The translations under genes and the position numbers were made by a program. The notes beneath the pieces are model-generated. The model made no database searches, had not been told where the DNA came from, and worked only from the letters and a program-made list of their open reading frames with translations. A stretch of 62,000 nt of DNA from Wallemia ichthyophaga EXF-994 (Eukaryota; Fungi; Basidiomycota), in assembly GCF_000400465.1 (NCBI RefSeq), contig NW_008806279.1, positions 416,107 to 478,106 of the forward strand. Reading direction: 5' to 3'. Below, in pieces: positions 1 through 11,782 of this stretch. Position 1 is the first letter of the stretch, and every line of letters begins with the position of its first letter.

Positions 1-232
1 TTGTACGTGCGAGGCGTGCGGGAGCAGCAGTGGCAGGAAAGACACACTCGTAACCGCTCTTCAAGCACTGAGCACAAGGAGCTTCATGAGCGTCGCATTT
101 CCTCTTCCTGCGCCTGCACTGCTCACAGCTATCGCCATATCTGCGCTTCTGGTGGGAGGAGGAGTCTAGATCGAAATGGTTGTTGTGGGTGTCGTTGCTG
201 TGTATTTGATTAAAGCTCAAGCTGTGGCTCAT
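1..232 (-). CDS. Zn(II)2Cys6 fungal transcription factor, N-terminal part (truncated by window edge)
   Basis: Manual translation of the minus strand from ATG at 232 gives MSHSLSFNQ...KRRYGDSCEQCRRRKRKCDAHEAPCAQCLKSGYECVFP, matching CxxCxxxxxxCx(6)CxxCx(6)C. Not in the supplied ORF track because it runs off the window. Confidence 0.9.
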   Translation of the reverse strand, partial: MSHSLSFNQIHSNDTHNNHFDLDSSSHQKRRYGDSCEQCRRRKRKCDAHEAPCAQCLKSGYECVFPATAAPARLART

Positions 233-528
233 TGGCGAGCGAAAGACAGATAATTTCAATTATGAGTGATGGCCGGTGATGGTGATGAGCTAAGCCGGGT
301 TTCTGAAGAATTGCGCTGAGTTAGGGGGAGACTGGGTGAGTGAGAGATTGAGTGCGTATGAGCATTCTACAATCGATAAAACCCTATAAAACCCAGGTAC
401 CTTACAAATCTGCTCACTTGGAGACACCTGCCCTGGATCTTATCAAATGTCGGTATCTTTATCCGATTTCAAGTAAATTTATAATGTTTTCAAGTAAATT
501 TTAAGCAATCCAAGTAAACTCAAGTAAT

Positions 529-1094
529 TTACAACTTTTTGGATAAAACAAACGCGTCTCTAGAACCCTCCCCTTTAAGCCTCTTGTAATAATCCTTGAC
601 ATCTGCTTGAATTGAGAAGCCATTAGCTTTATAGAATTCTATAGCGTCATCATTCTCCTTCTGTACATGCATATAAACGCTATCGAGCTTCTTCCTCGGC
701 TGAACTTTATCACCTTTTATGATTGGCTCTGGATCGCTGACTGCAGCTTTGAGTATATGATTGAGCATGTGCCTCCCCAGTCCTTGTCTCCTGTACGGTG
801 CAAGTACAGCGAGTATCATGATATACAGCTTCCCGGCTTCCACCTTACAGCAGACGCTACCAACGGGGATATCATTATAATAAACCAATTTACAGAAATC
901 CTCGAGTTCTGGTGATTGTACTTGCTCATACACGCCATTTGAGTAGGGCACTTGGGTGGGTGTTTTAGTGGTAATACCCATGGCTCAAAAACCCACGCAC
1001 CTGGTAAGATTACCCCATTCAGTCTCCTCAGTGTACCGATATTCTGCCTTGTAACGCTTGCAAGATCCACGCGTGGTGATAGCTTAATGCTCAT
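529..1094 (-). CDS. NAA50: N-alpha-acetyltransferase 50 (NatE catalytic subunit, GNAT), 2 exons
   Basis: Exon 1 MSIKLSPRVDLASVTRQNIGTLRRLNGVILP, intron 951-1000, then VPYS...LYIMILAVLAPYRRQGLG...VYMHVQKENDDAIEFYKANGF. The GNAT motif A (R/QxxGxG) and Naa50-type sequence are present. Confidence 0.85.
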
Positions 1095-1226
1095 TGTGCG
1101 GGTGTAAAGAGTTATCGGATATTCGTGGTTATTAAATATATTCCCGCTTTCACAGCATTCCACGCCTACATGCCTACGCGCCTATACGCCACCACTGTCT
1201 TCTTCCTACACCCACGACAACCATCA

Positions 1227-1877
1227 ATGACATCGAGTAAGTGATCCACCCACACAAACAATCATCCACGCTGATATCCCCAAAGTAGCTAAACGCCCTG
1301 TGGATCTCTTCTACGCCGTATTTCTCGCCATCCACCTCCCAATGACACTCGCTGTCGATCTTCAGTCACTCTACCCGCAACATCTCATCCCAGAACCGCT
1401 GAAGGAGCTCCTCCGCTTCTGGATTTCCATCTCCAACGACCCTATTCTCCAAGGCGGTGGCAGTGGCAGTCCCCTCTGGGCGTGGGCGCGTTCCTTCTTA
1501 GCTTTGGAGGCTGTAGGCCAGATTCCCATTTTTATTTTCGGCGCGTATGGGCTATATAAGGGTGTGTTACTTGATACTAAGACAAAAGCAACACACTCAC
1601 TCACCCACCAGGCTCTAGAAGCGTTCAAGTTCCCCTTCTAGTCTACGGCGTTTCCGCAGCTACCACCACTTTCGCCTGCTTGGCTACTGTGCTCGCTCTC
1701 CCCGTGCACGCTCCTCCTTTCCCTCCACCACTCACCGGCGCTTTGGCTCTGTCGCCGGAGCAGCGCACTATCCTCCTCGGCGCATACACCCCCTACCTCA
1801 TCATCCCCCTCTTGATAGCCTGCGATATGGCTGGCAGACTTTCGCGCAGAGGTTATCTGCACGAGAAGATGCTTTGA
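1227..1877 (+). CDS. EXPERA-domain membrane protein (TMEM97/sigma-2-receptor-like), 3 exons
   Basis: MTS|TKRPVDLFYAVFLAIHLPMTLAVDLQSLYP...FLALEAVGQIP...|FPLLVYGVSAATTTFACL...YTPYLIIPLLIACDM. Four hydrophobic helices with the conserved D and E of EXPERA proteins; GT-AG introns near 1237-1287 and 1560-1611. Confidence 0.75.
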
Positions 1878-1931
1878 GGTGTCTTTGTCTATCTATATCT
1901 CCATTAATGCAAATAGCATGCATTTATTTAT

Positions 1932-4023
1932 TCACATGATACACCACGTCGCAACGCTAGCAGCAACTACGGCGCCATACGCTGTCAACGCTTGTCTGGA
2001 AGTGAGGCGCATAAGCCACGGTTTAGACACGCCACTAAACGTGAAATGGTCATCGTTCGGTATGAGCGTCTTCCACCAGTAATGCGTGTGTGAGCGGGGA
2101 TAAAGTGCAACGTTCTTTCCTGAATTTTCGTCCTGGTAGAAGGAGTGCGCTCCCCCATTCTCCCATATCATCCTGTAGCGTGTGTGAGTATACCAGTCAA
2201 CCCCACTAACAACCCACACCCACTCTTGGTGCTTCTCTCTGATCCACTGCTGGTACTCCCGCTCAGCACCCTCCGTCACGCGCACGCTACCCTTCTTCGC
2301 GCGTATTATTGGCCCTGCCAAGCGAATAATATAGTTGGCAGTGCATTCCGCTGTGAATAGCACCGAGTTGTGCCCACTCGCCGTGTTCGGACTGGCTGTG
2401 CCGAGGAGGAACAAGTTGGGAAATGGTGCTAGAGCCGTGCCTAAATACGCGCCCATATTAGATCTCCTCCAATATTCGCGTATACTGAGGCCGTTGCTGT
2501 GGAAATGCTCTGTGAATTTATTCGTAGTGGTGTCGAATCCGATGGCTATGGTTACACTTAGGTGAGTAGACTACTCCCATCTTCTAATATACCACCCACC
2601 GAATATTATCACATCCGCTGCCACTTCTGTTCCATCTTGCTTCACTACGCTTGTCGAAGTTATCCGTGCTGGTCGCTCAGCCACTAAGTCTATTTTTTCG
2701 GAATTGAGTGACTTGAGATATTCGTCATCATACACTCTCCGCTTCGCAAATATCTCAAAATCAGGAATGAGTGCATCGTGGTATTTGGCAGGCGCTAGGT
2801 TTTTCATGCTGATAAGGCGCCATTGTTAGATGAGTCTTGTGGGAAAGGGGGATATAAATGCAAACTTACTGATTCGCGGACTCTTCCATACGCGCCTTGC
2901 GCACTCCTTTGCCTTTCTCCGCGTACATAGCTATGAGCACACGGTTAGTGAAATAGCGCACCTCCAACACCTAACAACTTACCTGCGAAGTAATACTCTG
3001 TCGCAAAAAATATAAAGTTTCTGATAAAAGTGTGTATACTCGGTATATTCTCCGTCATCCACTGTATACGTGGATAATTGGCGAGATTGGGTGGTTTGGG
3101 TATATACCATTGCTTGCCACGCGCAAACTGCGTGAGAGATTTAACTTTGGGTGCTATCTCACTGCGTGTGTAGTAGTTAGGATAGGTGTTTTGTAATAAC
3201 GTCCTCCCCACGCTATGATCTGCGTTGCTGTACAAGCATTGCCAACGACGACGACATTCTTGTCCTGGTTCGCGTTAGATTGCGCATTCACAAGCTCGAA
3301 TTCTCACCGTAATATCAACGTTTTCGTCATAGCGCTGTGAACGCAACACTTTGCCGTTGAAGGTATCGACACCTGGTGTGTCAATAGGGCGTGGAGTGTC
3401 TTGATTTGGTGTGAGTGTGAGTTTAAGTGAATATAAATCCACAAACCTAAACCACCGTGTGCAGTGATAAGGATATTGCAAGTACGCTTGAACACTTCTC
3501 CAGTGCCATTATTCTTCACAGACACCGTCCAAATCTCTCGCGCCACATCGTAATCGGCATCGAGGATAGAATGTGAGAGGTATATATGATCACTCAGTCT
3601 GTGCTCCTTCACCACGTCCTGGATATACCTCTCTATGACTGGCTGGGTTGCCCACAGAGTGCTGCCCCAGTTACGCTGAGCGAATGAGAACGAGTAGAGC
3701 TGAATGGGTATATCGTTTGCACATCCTGGGTAGTTCTTTATATCCTTCTTAGCCAGCCACCAATATAAATATCAGCGCTATACACCTACGTTAATGTACC
3801 ACGTGCCACCAACTTGCTCCTCGCGCTCGCTGTATCGTGTGAGCATTATCACAGCCTGCTCTACAAATAACTCACTATATCTCAAATTCATCCGTCCGCA
3901 GTTCATGCTTGAGCTTGTGGCCCATAGCAACTCCCGAGATACCGGCACCGATTATTATTCTTCGCTGTGTTAGCCGAGTTCCCGCTCTCTACTTGCACGC
4001 CCTCACACTGCTGTGTCCGTCAT
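1932..4023 (-). CDS. Flavin-dependent monooxygenase (FMO/Baeyer-Villiger class B), multi-exon
   Basis: Spliced exons give IIGAGISG (FAD Rossmann fold), EREEQVGGTW, YPGCANDIP, ILITAHGGL, FNGKVLRSQRYD (fingerprint), VVVGNACTATQII (NADPH Rossmann fold), DVIIFG, AYLGTALAPFPNLFLLG and LYPRSHTHYWW. Confidence 0.85.
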
Positions 4024-4418
4024 GGTAGTAGCTCACAACGAAATGCCATGTGGCAACCGGCCTAAAACTTCTCGAGATAGCCGATGCCGAGGCAGTTGCA
4101 GTGAACGATGAAAATGAATACATGGAATTTCTGTCTAATTGTGTGTGTGTGTGTGACTGGTTAGTCAAGGCAGGGCATATTGACCAAATCCGGGTGCAGA
4201 TGTAGGTGATTATGCATGATGTTTTCAAATATCTTCCACACAAGACGTAATCATGTGCAGTTATGCTACTCAATCTACTCATCTTCTGTATCAATGTCTC
4301 AATTTCTCAAACGGCTTGATATCTATCGATCGATGAAAAGATTATTCATTGTAGGTCCCTTTAAATTGATTCACGTGGCTAATGAGTTAAGAAAGAAAAA
4401 GCAAAACATCAAGCAGAA

Positions 4419-5823
4419 TTAAGGCGATATGAATGACTGTTCAGTGAAAGCAGTGCCTTGAACAGTGAGCTTGGTAGATTCGGCGACTCCTTCGGGGAGG
4501 TCCAATTGCAATTCTGTTGGATTGAGGTACTAGTTGTTTGTTAGCTGTGTTATAGTAGTCTATCGCAAATATTCACCTGATAAATGTACGGTTTCGTCTT
4601 TGCAAAGACGTGCACAGCCTTTCTAACGACGTATGGAATATGAGCGAGGAAGTCTACCTTCTCAATTAAACCCCTAGACACATCATTCTTCTCCTTGTAA
4701 TTCACAAGCATCTCACCGCGGATGGCTTTCTTGTTCTCGATAGCTGTACCACCCCAGACATATCTAACCTCCGAAGGCACAATGTACGAGGTTTCAGGAT
4801 CCTTGAGCGTGTTGCGATGCTCGGCGGCGGTTAAACCCTGAGGCATTTGGCCGGGGTAGGTGGTAGATCCCGTGACGGAGAGGAGCTTATCACCAGCGAC
4901 GAGAGCGCCTATGGTAACTTTGACACCACCACCGCCTTCAGTTCTGGTTGCAGCGCCGTAGCCTTCAGTGCTCTCGAACTCCATGAGAATTGATGCCACA
5001 CCGCCATGTTGATTGGATTGGAAGAGAGCAAAGTTCCAAGCGCGCGCGATAAGCTAATGGGAGTGTTAGACTAATAAAAATAACAGAGCTAGCCACTCAC
5101 ATTAGCTCTCATACCTTGGATGGCGTGTATGAAAGTACCGTGACCAATTGCGTCGACGAGCTTGCCTCTGACGATGACCTGACCTTCAGTGCGAACTCTT
5201 GGCCAAAATCTGTGCACAACGTAGCCGTCCCTCTTGTTGCTCGATTTGTCGTTACCGAGGGATGTGAAACCGCCGTTTGGACCGTTTCCGAGTTTGAAGC
5301 CGGAACAAGAGGCTGGGCGGATGAAATTGATAACAATTTGCACTTCATTATCAATTTTAGCGTTTATTCTGTAGCACTCATCTTGATTTGGGAGTTGTTC
5401 GTGGAGGATGGAGAACTGGTCAGCAGAGCAGCTACGACGATCGTATTTGTTGGTGGAGAACGAAGGAGGGCTGCTAAAGTTGTTTGCGCTGATAGATTTC
5501 CACAATTTCTGGCCAGTGGACGGCGTATAGAGCATGAAATTAAATTGGATTTGTGGGTACCAGAAACTGTAAGCGGTGAGTGGTGAGCGTGGCTAGCGTA
5601 TAAGTATCCAGACGCACCCAACATGTGAGTGCACTACTTGCACGCTCAAGCACTGCCCATCCTCCAGCACCGAGTAGAACGTCTGCGTCTCTGCAACGAA
5701 ATTAGAATTAATCGTCGCCCATTCCGTGTCTTCGGGTTCAAGCGGTCCGAAATATTCGCTGGATTCGAATTCCTCTGTCACTGGGTGCAGATTCTTTACT
5801 TTCTGAGAGCTGCCGAAGAACAT
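4419..5823 (-). CDS. SVF1: Survival factor 1 (Svf1-like) protein, 4 exons
   Basis: Joined exons read EDTEW...AETQTFY...QVVHSHVG|LWYPQIQF...HRFWPR...FIHAIQGMRAN|LIARAWNFALFQ...ILMEFES...TKPYIYQ|YLNP...FTEQSFISP*, typical of the Svf1 family. Confidence 0.85.
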
Positions 5824-6006
5824 GGCGGTTGTGGTGAGAGATGTTGATGGCCGAGACGGGCGAGATGGAGATGTCCATAAACACGCAGACAACGCAGACG
5901 CCGCACACGCTGTTAGAATGTTTGAAAATTTACATTTCAATTTATTTTAATTGCTCTGCTCCTTCATCACTACGGCCATCTCTAAACGCACACAGCGCAC
6001 ACGCAC

Positions 6007-8808
6007 ATGCCGATTCCGCTGCCGTTACTCCCGCTCATCGCAGAGACTGTTTACTACTCCAGCAGACCTGCAATGGATCTCGATCCCGTCCCAGAGCCTG
6101 GCCGCTGGACCGAGCAAGACGCACGTCACACGCTCTACGCCTTATCGCGCGTCAATAGGGATTGGCACGATGAAGCAGGCAAGTTTCTTTGGCGCAGGCT
6201 TCACTTCAGATTGGCTGGTGGTTTTCTCTCTGTCGTTGACGTCGTCGCAGGCAAGCAGGTTGAGCAACTCCGGCAGCAATCTGATGAGATTATCAGATTG
6301 TCATCGCCACCGCCAGATCCTGTGAGACCAGAAGCTATTCTCCCAGACGGACCCACTCTGCCACGTCCCTACCGCCAATCCTCGCTTAGAATCGCATCTA
6401 TCCCCGAGTCTTCTGAAGACACGCGCAGTGCTCCTCCCGCACGCCCCACGCTCGACACCTCCCGCAACGCTTTCTCCCCGCCTTCTTTCACCAATGAACT
6501 CGCCACGCCCGTCACTTCCCCTCTTTCCACATCGCCGCCTGTCAGCTCACCGCTCAACGTCCCATCAATCAGCTCCACCTTCTTCGCCCATCCACCCATT
6601 ACCCAAGAAAACACTCCCCCTTCGTCCCGCTCGCAGTCCCCCTCAGGGGCCAACTCTCGTGGCCGGCGGCGTTTTCACGAAGGCCTCATCAGAACTGCTT
6701 CTGCCCATACCTCCTCTCGTGCGCGCAGCATGAGCCCTGCCAGAGACATGGACGTTGATGAAATGGTAAATGCTACCACTGAGGCGCTTAAACGGGAGTC
6801 TGAGAGCATCACGCGCACCCACAGTCCCGAAAAGCGTGGTAGGAAGTTCGACCGTGTTCGCGAACTCTCCGTCGAAGCCGAGCGACTCCGTAGTGCCAGC
6901 CCTGTCACTGTTAATCTGCACGAGAGCCGCCACAACAACACTATCGCTATTCGTGAGCCTAGTCCGGAGCGTGAAGGGCTAGCTGAGATGTGAGAGGGTG
7001 CTTTATGTCAATGAGTTGACCGCTAACTATCAGACTATTAATACAGGCGCGAGCAGAGTCCAGATGAGCATGATAATGCTTTGTGGGGGAGCAACTACAA
7101 CTCCACATGGCTCGATCCCTTCTGTCCAGTCACCGCAACTCCTTACCCTGCACGTCACATCAACCACATCTCCTTCACTTCTTTCCGCACAGCCGGCCTG
7201 AGGCGGTCTATAGCACAGGGCACCGAAGAGCGGTTCTGTACTCCGGAGCGTCTCGAGCGTCTCCTCGATGTATGTCGGGCTGTGCGGGGGTTCGGAGCGA
7301 GTGAGTATATGGATTCCGCGCTTAGTTTGCCAGTGCTCGAGTCCTTGCTTCTACGCGAGCCTCCCGCGCCGCAAACTCACCGTACACGACTGCGGCGAGC
7401 ATACTCCGTCCGTGACCCGCCCACGCAATCCACAGTTGACGACGAGGGGGCCAGTGGGAGTGGCAGTAGCAGTAGCAACCTTCACATCAACTCTTCCGGT
7501 GCGAGTCTCTCCCGTGCGAAATGTATTCCAGGTCGTTCGCTGCATGCTCTAGACCTGAGTGGATGTGTGAGCGCGACATTTTTCGACGCGTTGGAAGCAT
7601 TCGTCAACAAACACCTCTTTGCACGCCAATCGGATGCTTTTGATGAGCAGGCCGATGAGCGCTATCCTGACGATGTGCGCGCGCGCTCTCTAGCCTACAA
7701 GAGCACAGCACATGCGCATCACCGTCCCCCTTCCAACCCACACACTGGGCGCTACAGTGCATTACGGCGACTGAATGTATCCAATGTGGTGAATGTCTTC
7801 TCACCTACCTTGAAAACATTCGTATTGGCTTTCCCCGCTCTTACTCACCTCGATTTGTCGAATACACGCGCTACACCCGGACTCATACGTGCTTTGGCAC
7901 GCTCACCCACGCTCCGCTTGGAGTCTTTTGCTGCTGCCCGCTGCAAGAAGCTAGATGGGGACTGTCTCCTTCGTCTTCTCGTCGATTCTCCCGTGACGGA
8001 GAATCTACGCGAGTTGAATCTGTACGGCGACAGTGCGGTACCATCTCCACTAAGTGTGTATGAGTTGGATGTAATTCTGCGTCGTGCGCCCTGCTTCATC
8101 AGTGGAAATCTCCGTTATATAGATCTAGCCGGTGCGCCATTGACCAAAGAGATACTGTCGAAACTCGCCGCGCAGCCTCACCTCCGCAGTCTCGGTCTCG
8201 CCAATATCCCTCGTCTGCCTCTCGGCGCTGTGGCGGAGTTCATCAAGAACAAAGCGCCCGGTTGTGAGATAGTCGATCTCGCATTGTCTACACCAGAACT
8301 GGCTGTTATTCCGGGAGTATCATCAACTGTGCGCTCGGCAGTTCTCACGCTACAGACTAGTTTTATTAAGGTGCTCACTAATCCTCCCTTTCACTTCTCT
8401 CTCACGTCCCCATCTCCAGTAGAACAATCCCCACCGCCAACTGCCATACGCGTTATCGAACTTGGCGCTGAAATGCTCAATGCTCTACAGGGTGGCGCTG
8501 GCTCGTGGAGAGTAATTCGCTCGCGTGGTAGGAGAGGCTGGTATGTTGACGTGTCCACCAAACCACTCGAGGATGGCCTGCTTGCTAGGAAACTTGATAA
8601 GAGTGACCCTTGGAGACAGCAAATGGAGAGCTTGTCCCAGGCTAGAGGTAACGTTGCCTCCTACATCGGTTGGCATTCGAGGAAGATGGAGGTGAGTGGG
8701 TCGTATGTTCTAATACCACGCTAACAATCGCAGGTCCTCTCTGGTCAGGGTATGCTCGGGCGCGAAGATGGGCTATACGGCGTTTACGCCTATTCTACTG
8801 GTCTGTAG
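6007..8808 (+). CDS. F-box-like/RNI-like leucine-rich-repeat protein, function unknown, 3 exons
   Basis: N-terminal F-box-like segment (LYALSRVNRDWHDEAGKFLWRRLHF), S/P/R-rich disordered linker, then LRR units (LHALDLSGC, LRRLNVSN, LTHLDLSNT, LRELNLYG, LRYIDLAG, LRSLGLAN). Ends EDGLYGVYAYSTGL* after intron ~8692-8732. Confidence 0.65.
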
Positions 8809-8978
8809 ATGAAGTTTATGATGAAGAGGAATACTCTATCTAGCCCACTTACTACCGTTCAATTCACTTGCATTAATACAAACACCGCAATAGACTATTT
8901 GTAGCTTAATACTTGAACACATTATATGACTACAATTATGTAATTCATGCGTTTCGTGTTTACGTTAGTGAGCATCCA

Positions 8979-10319
8979 TTTATTCAGCTGTGAACTGCAC
9001 TCTCTGTTAGCACACGCGCGCGTACTGAAGCCACACTGACATATGAGCAGTCATCCAAAGACCCGTGTTGTGCTACTGCAACTATTACTGGCTGATGGTT
9101 CGCAGATGAGTTGATACTGCACATGCGATAGGCACCAGCTGGAAGTCCTCTTGAGACTTGAGCAGACAACACACCGTTCTGTGCTGGTTCGTTGAGACCC
9201 TTGAAGAAGCTATTCTGGGTGAGCTTGAGATCAAGGCACTCATACACTCACGCGAAGTTTGCAGGGTCGAGTGGTTGCGTACTTTGCAAATTTGGAAGTT
9301 GCTCGACGACCTGGGCGTTGTGTGAGTAGACAGATCAATATAATACCACACTAACAACGTGGCTATGACCAATAATTTGACCGTTGTTGTTTGTGGTTTG
9401 CTGTTATTTGCGTGAGTGAGACATCGAGAGTTAACTCAAACACGCACTGGTGCAGCAAAGTAATTGGTGTTTGGGCTGTAGCTTGTTAGGCTGCCAAAAT
9501 CAATCAATTGAAACCCACTTGACAAAGTTACCAGCGTTAAGGTTGCGAATAGCCATTTGAATAGTGAAGTCCTGGTTAGCTTGCTGTGTGGTTGTTAGCA
9601 GATATGAGAGGAACAAAAACTCACAATTGTAGCACCGTTCTCTGGATTGACAAATTTGGCCGATGGCATTCTGTTTGTAGCAGCGATGACGCCGATTGGA
9701 ACAGGGTTGCATGAGCCGCCCTGCGAGTGGTGCTTTGTGAGTCTAAGCAGGTATATTAAGTCGCCAACTCACCCTAACTTGCCTGCCGTTCGTAAGTGGG
9801 AGGTCAGGCTCAGTGAGGCAGAAGTTGATAAAGTTGTTGGCGGAGGTGAGTGATGCAACCTGTCCAGCCTCTGCACCGCCTTCTTGTTGGCCATTCTGTG
9901 CCAAACCGGGCATGACAAGATCTGGATCAAGTTCTGTGGCCTTGTGAGCGGAAAAACTGCAAAAAAGAAAGCGAGACACACGGAGAGATTCTTGCGGGTC
10001 TTGGTTAATGTTGTTGTCATTGTTGTTGTCATTGTTATTGTCGTTATTACCGCCGTTATTGTTATTTCCACCGCCAGCGCCGTCGTTATCGTTCATACCG
10101 TTGTTGCCATTGTTGCCGCCGCCCTGTCTTTGTCTTTTAATATCATTAAAGTCTTTGAGCCTATTAAGTTGACGCCTGTGGGCTTTGCGGGGATATTCGC
10201 GCTAAAAATGTGTTAAAAAGCGTGGGAAAGAGATGATGACGCACATCATGTGTAGCAGCAGAGGAGGAAGCGAGCGTGACTATAACGAAAAAGAGTGTAA
10301 ATGCTTTTATAATTAACAT
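8979..10319 (-). CDS. Conserved fungal secreted protein with N/G-rich low-complexity N-terminus, multi-exon
   Basis: Signal peptide MLIIKAFTLFFVIVTLASSSAA from ATG 10319, a KR site, an N/G-rich tract, then a conserved domain: SLTSANNFINFC, GGSCNPTPIGVI, GHSHVVIEQL, FFKGLN, GLPAGAYRMCSINSSANHQPVIVAVAQHGSLDDC. Confidence 0.75.
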
Positions 10320-10410
10320 GATGGTCGTTCGAGTTGAAGGAACTAATTTAATTCAAGTCTTTTTAACCCCTACATGCACGACGAGGGTTCTTCTGTCTCA
10401 GGTACAAGTT

Positions 10411-11362
10411 TCAATTTTTCCTGAATTTTATTCGCCTACTAGAGCTACCGAAGGGATCTACTTTCTGGCGCGTGTTTGTTAATAGCGATCGCTTCAGATC
10501 CGTCGTCTTTGGCGCTGATCGCCGCCGCTGTTGTATCTGCTTGAAGTTGCGACTTTCCTTTACATCGCTCTCATCTTCCATCATTCGCATATCCTCTGGA
10601 AGTCCATACCTATCTTTCAGCTCCAAATTGCTCCGGTTCTCGGCATGCTCTTTCCGCCGTTCAACGCGATGCTTATCCCGCAGCTTCTGATTCATTGTAT
10701 ACGTATCAGACCATGTAGCTTCGTTGGCGTCTTCAATCTGCGTCAGTCTAGGCAACGCCTTTTTCTGCGCTTCTACTTGATTCGTGCCTTTCTCAACCGC
10801 TGCAAACGGATCTACCTCGGGTTTCTTCGATGGATCCGTTTCTAAAACCTTGTCAGTTGCGTGAGTAAAGTAAGTAAATACCCACCCATCGTAATAGTCT
10901 CGCCCTCTTCAGGCTCCCACTCTGCCTTCTGCTTGGCCCCTTCACTGACAATGTACCGTGTATTCTTGGGATCAGTCTGTATTTCAAACCAATGAGAGCA
11001 GAGGTGGCATTTGCATTTAAAAGCGTAGACGGGCGTAGAGTAATAATTCCCTATTTTTCTTTTCTCTGCGTTGTAGCGCACTCCCTGGGCCACATGCTTA
11101 TCGCATCCACCGCACCAAATATTAAATGGCAACTCAAAGCGGACAATGAGAATTCCCTTGTCAAGCTTGCGTGCTCTGTCTCCCAGACTGAAGCAGTGTG
11201 AATTGGCTTCTACGGCTTTTTTACTCCACCTACGCATGCTTCCCATGATACGCATTAAGACTGCATCTTATGAGCCGTGAGATAGTGAATAAGGTTCATA
11301 GCTCACGAGGAATGCTTCTTTGGATCATAATCTGGCGGGTAGTACCTATTAAAGCCTTGCAT
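10411..11362 (-). CDS. CWC16: CWC16/Yju2-family splicing factor (CCDC130-like), multi-exon
   Basis: Starts MQGFNRYYPPDY; contains ILIVRFELPFNIWCGGC...GVRYNAEKRKIGNYYSTPVYAFKCKCHLCSHWFEIQTDPKNTRY (zinc-binding Cys pairs). Confidence 0.88.
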
Positions 11363-11782
11363 TGCGTATTCTCAGTGATGACGATCCTTATCAAAGATGG
11401 ATATTGCGTAAGGTAGGAGTTAAATTGCATGTAAAATATCATGATGATCAAAATCCTCTGCCATTTACATCTCATACCATTCTAGGAGCCCAATCTACTG
11501 CTAAAATCTTAAACACGCACAGAACGATAACACAAAGTAATCGCAGTACAAAGACATCATAATAGCTCCCTCTATCGACAGTCCAAATGCAAGCTGAATT
11601 CAGCAAGCATGTGTGCTGTTGACACCAATCTCCACCTTTTATATTCGCGCCTAGAATGGCAACTTTATCAACAACTGCGTAATACCACCGTGTGTCGAAG
11701 AAATCTGCGCAATATTACTATCATTCTGTAGCTGCTGGTTGTGAAAAAAAAGGGTGGGAATTTGCTAACGGTAACTTGTTTT

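Noticed and set aside
375-394. ATAAAACCCT x2, telomere-like
   Set aside because: Only two imperfect copies at an internal position.
1932-4023. Monooxygenase as part of a secondary-metabolite cluster
   Set aside because: No PKS, NRPS, terpene cyclase or transporter nearby; COQ1 is a primary-metabolism prenyl synthase and 19 kb away.
11370-11460. RTGATGA boxes suggesting a C/D snoRNA
   Set aside because: No properly placed CTGA D box or terminal stem found.
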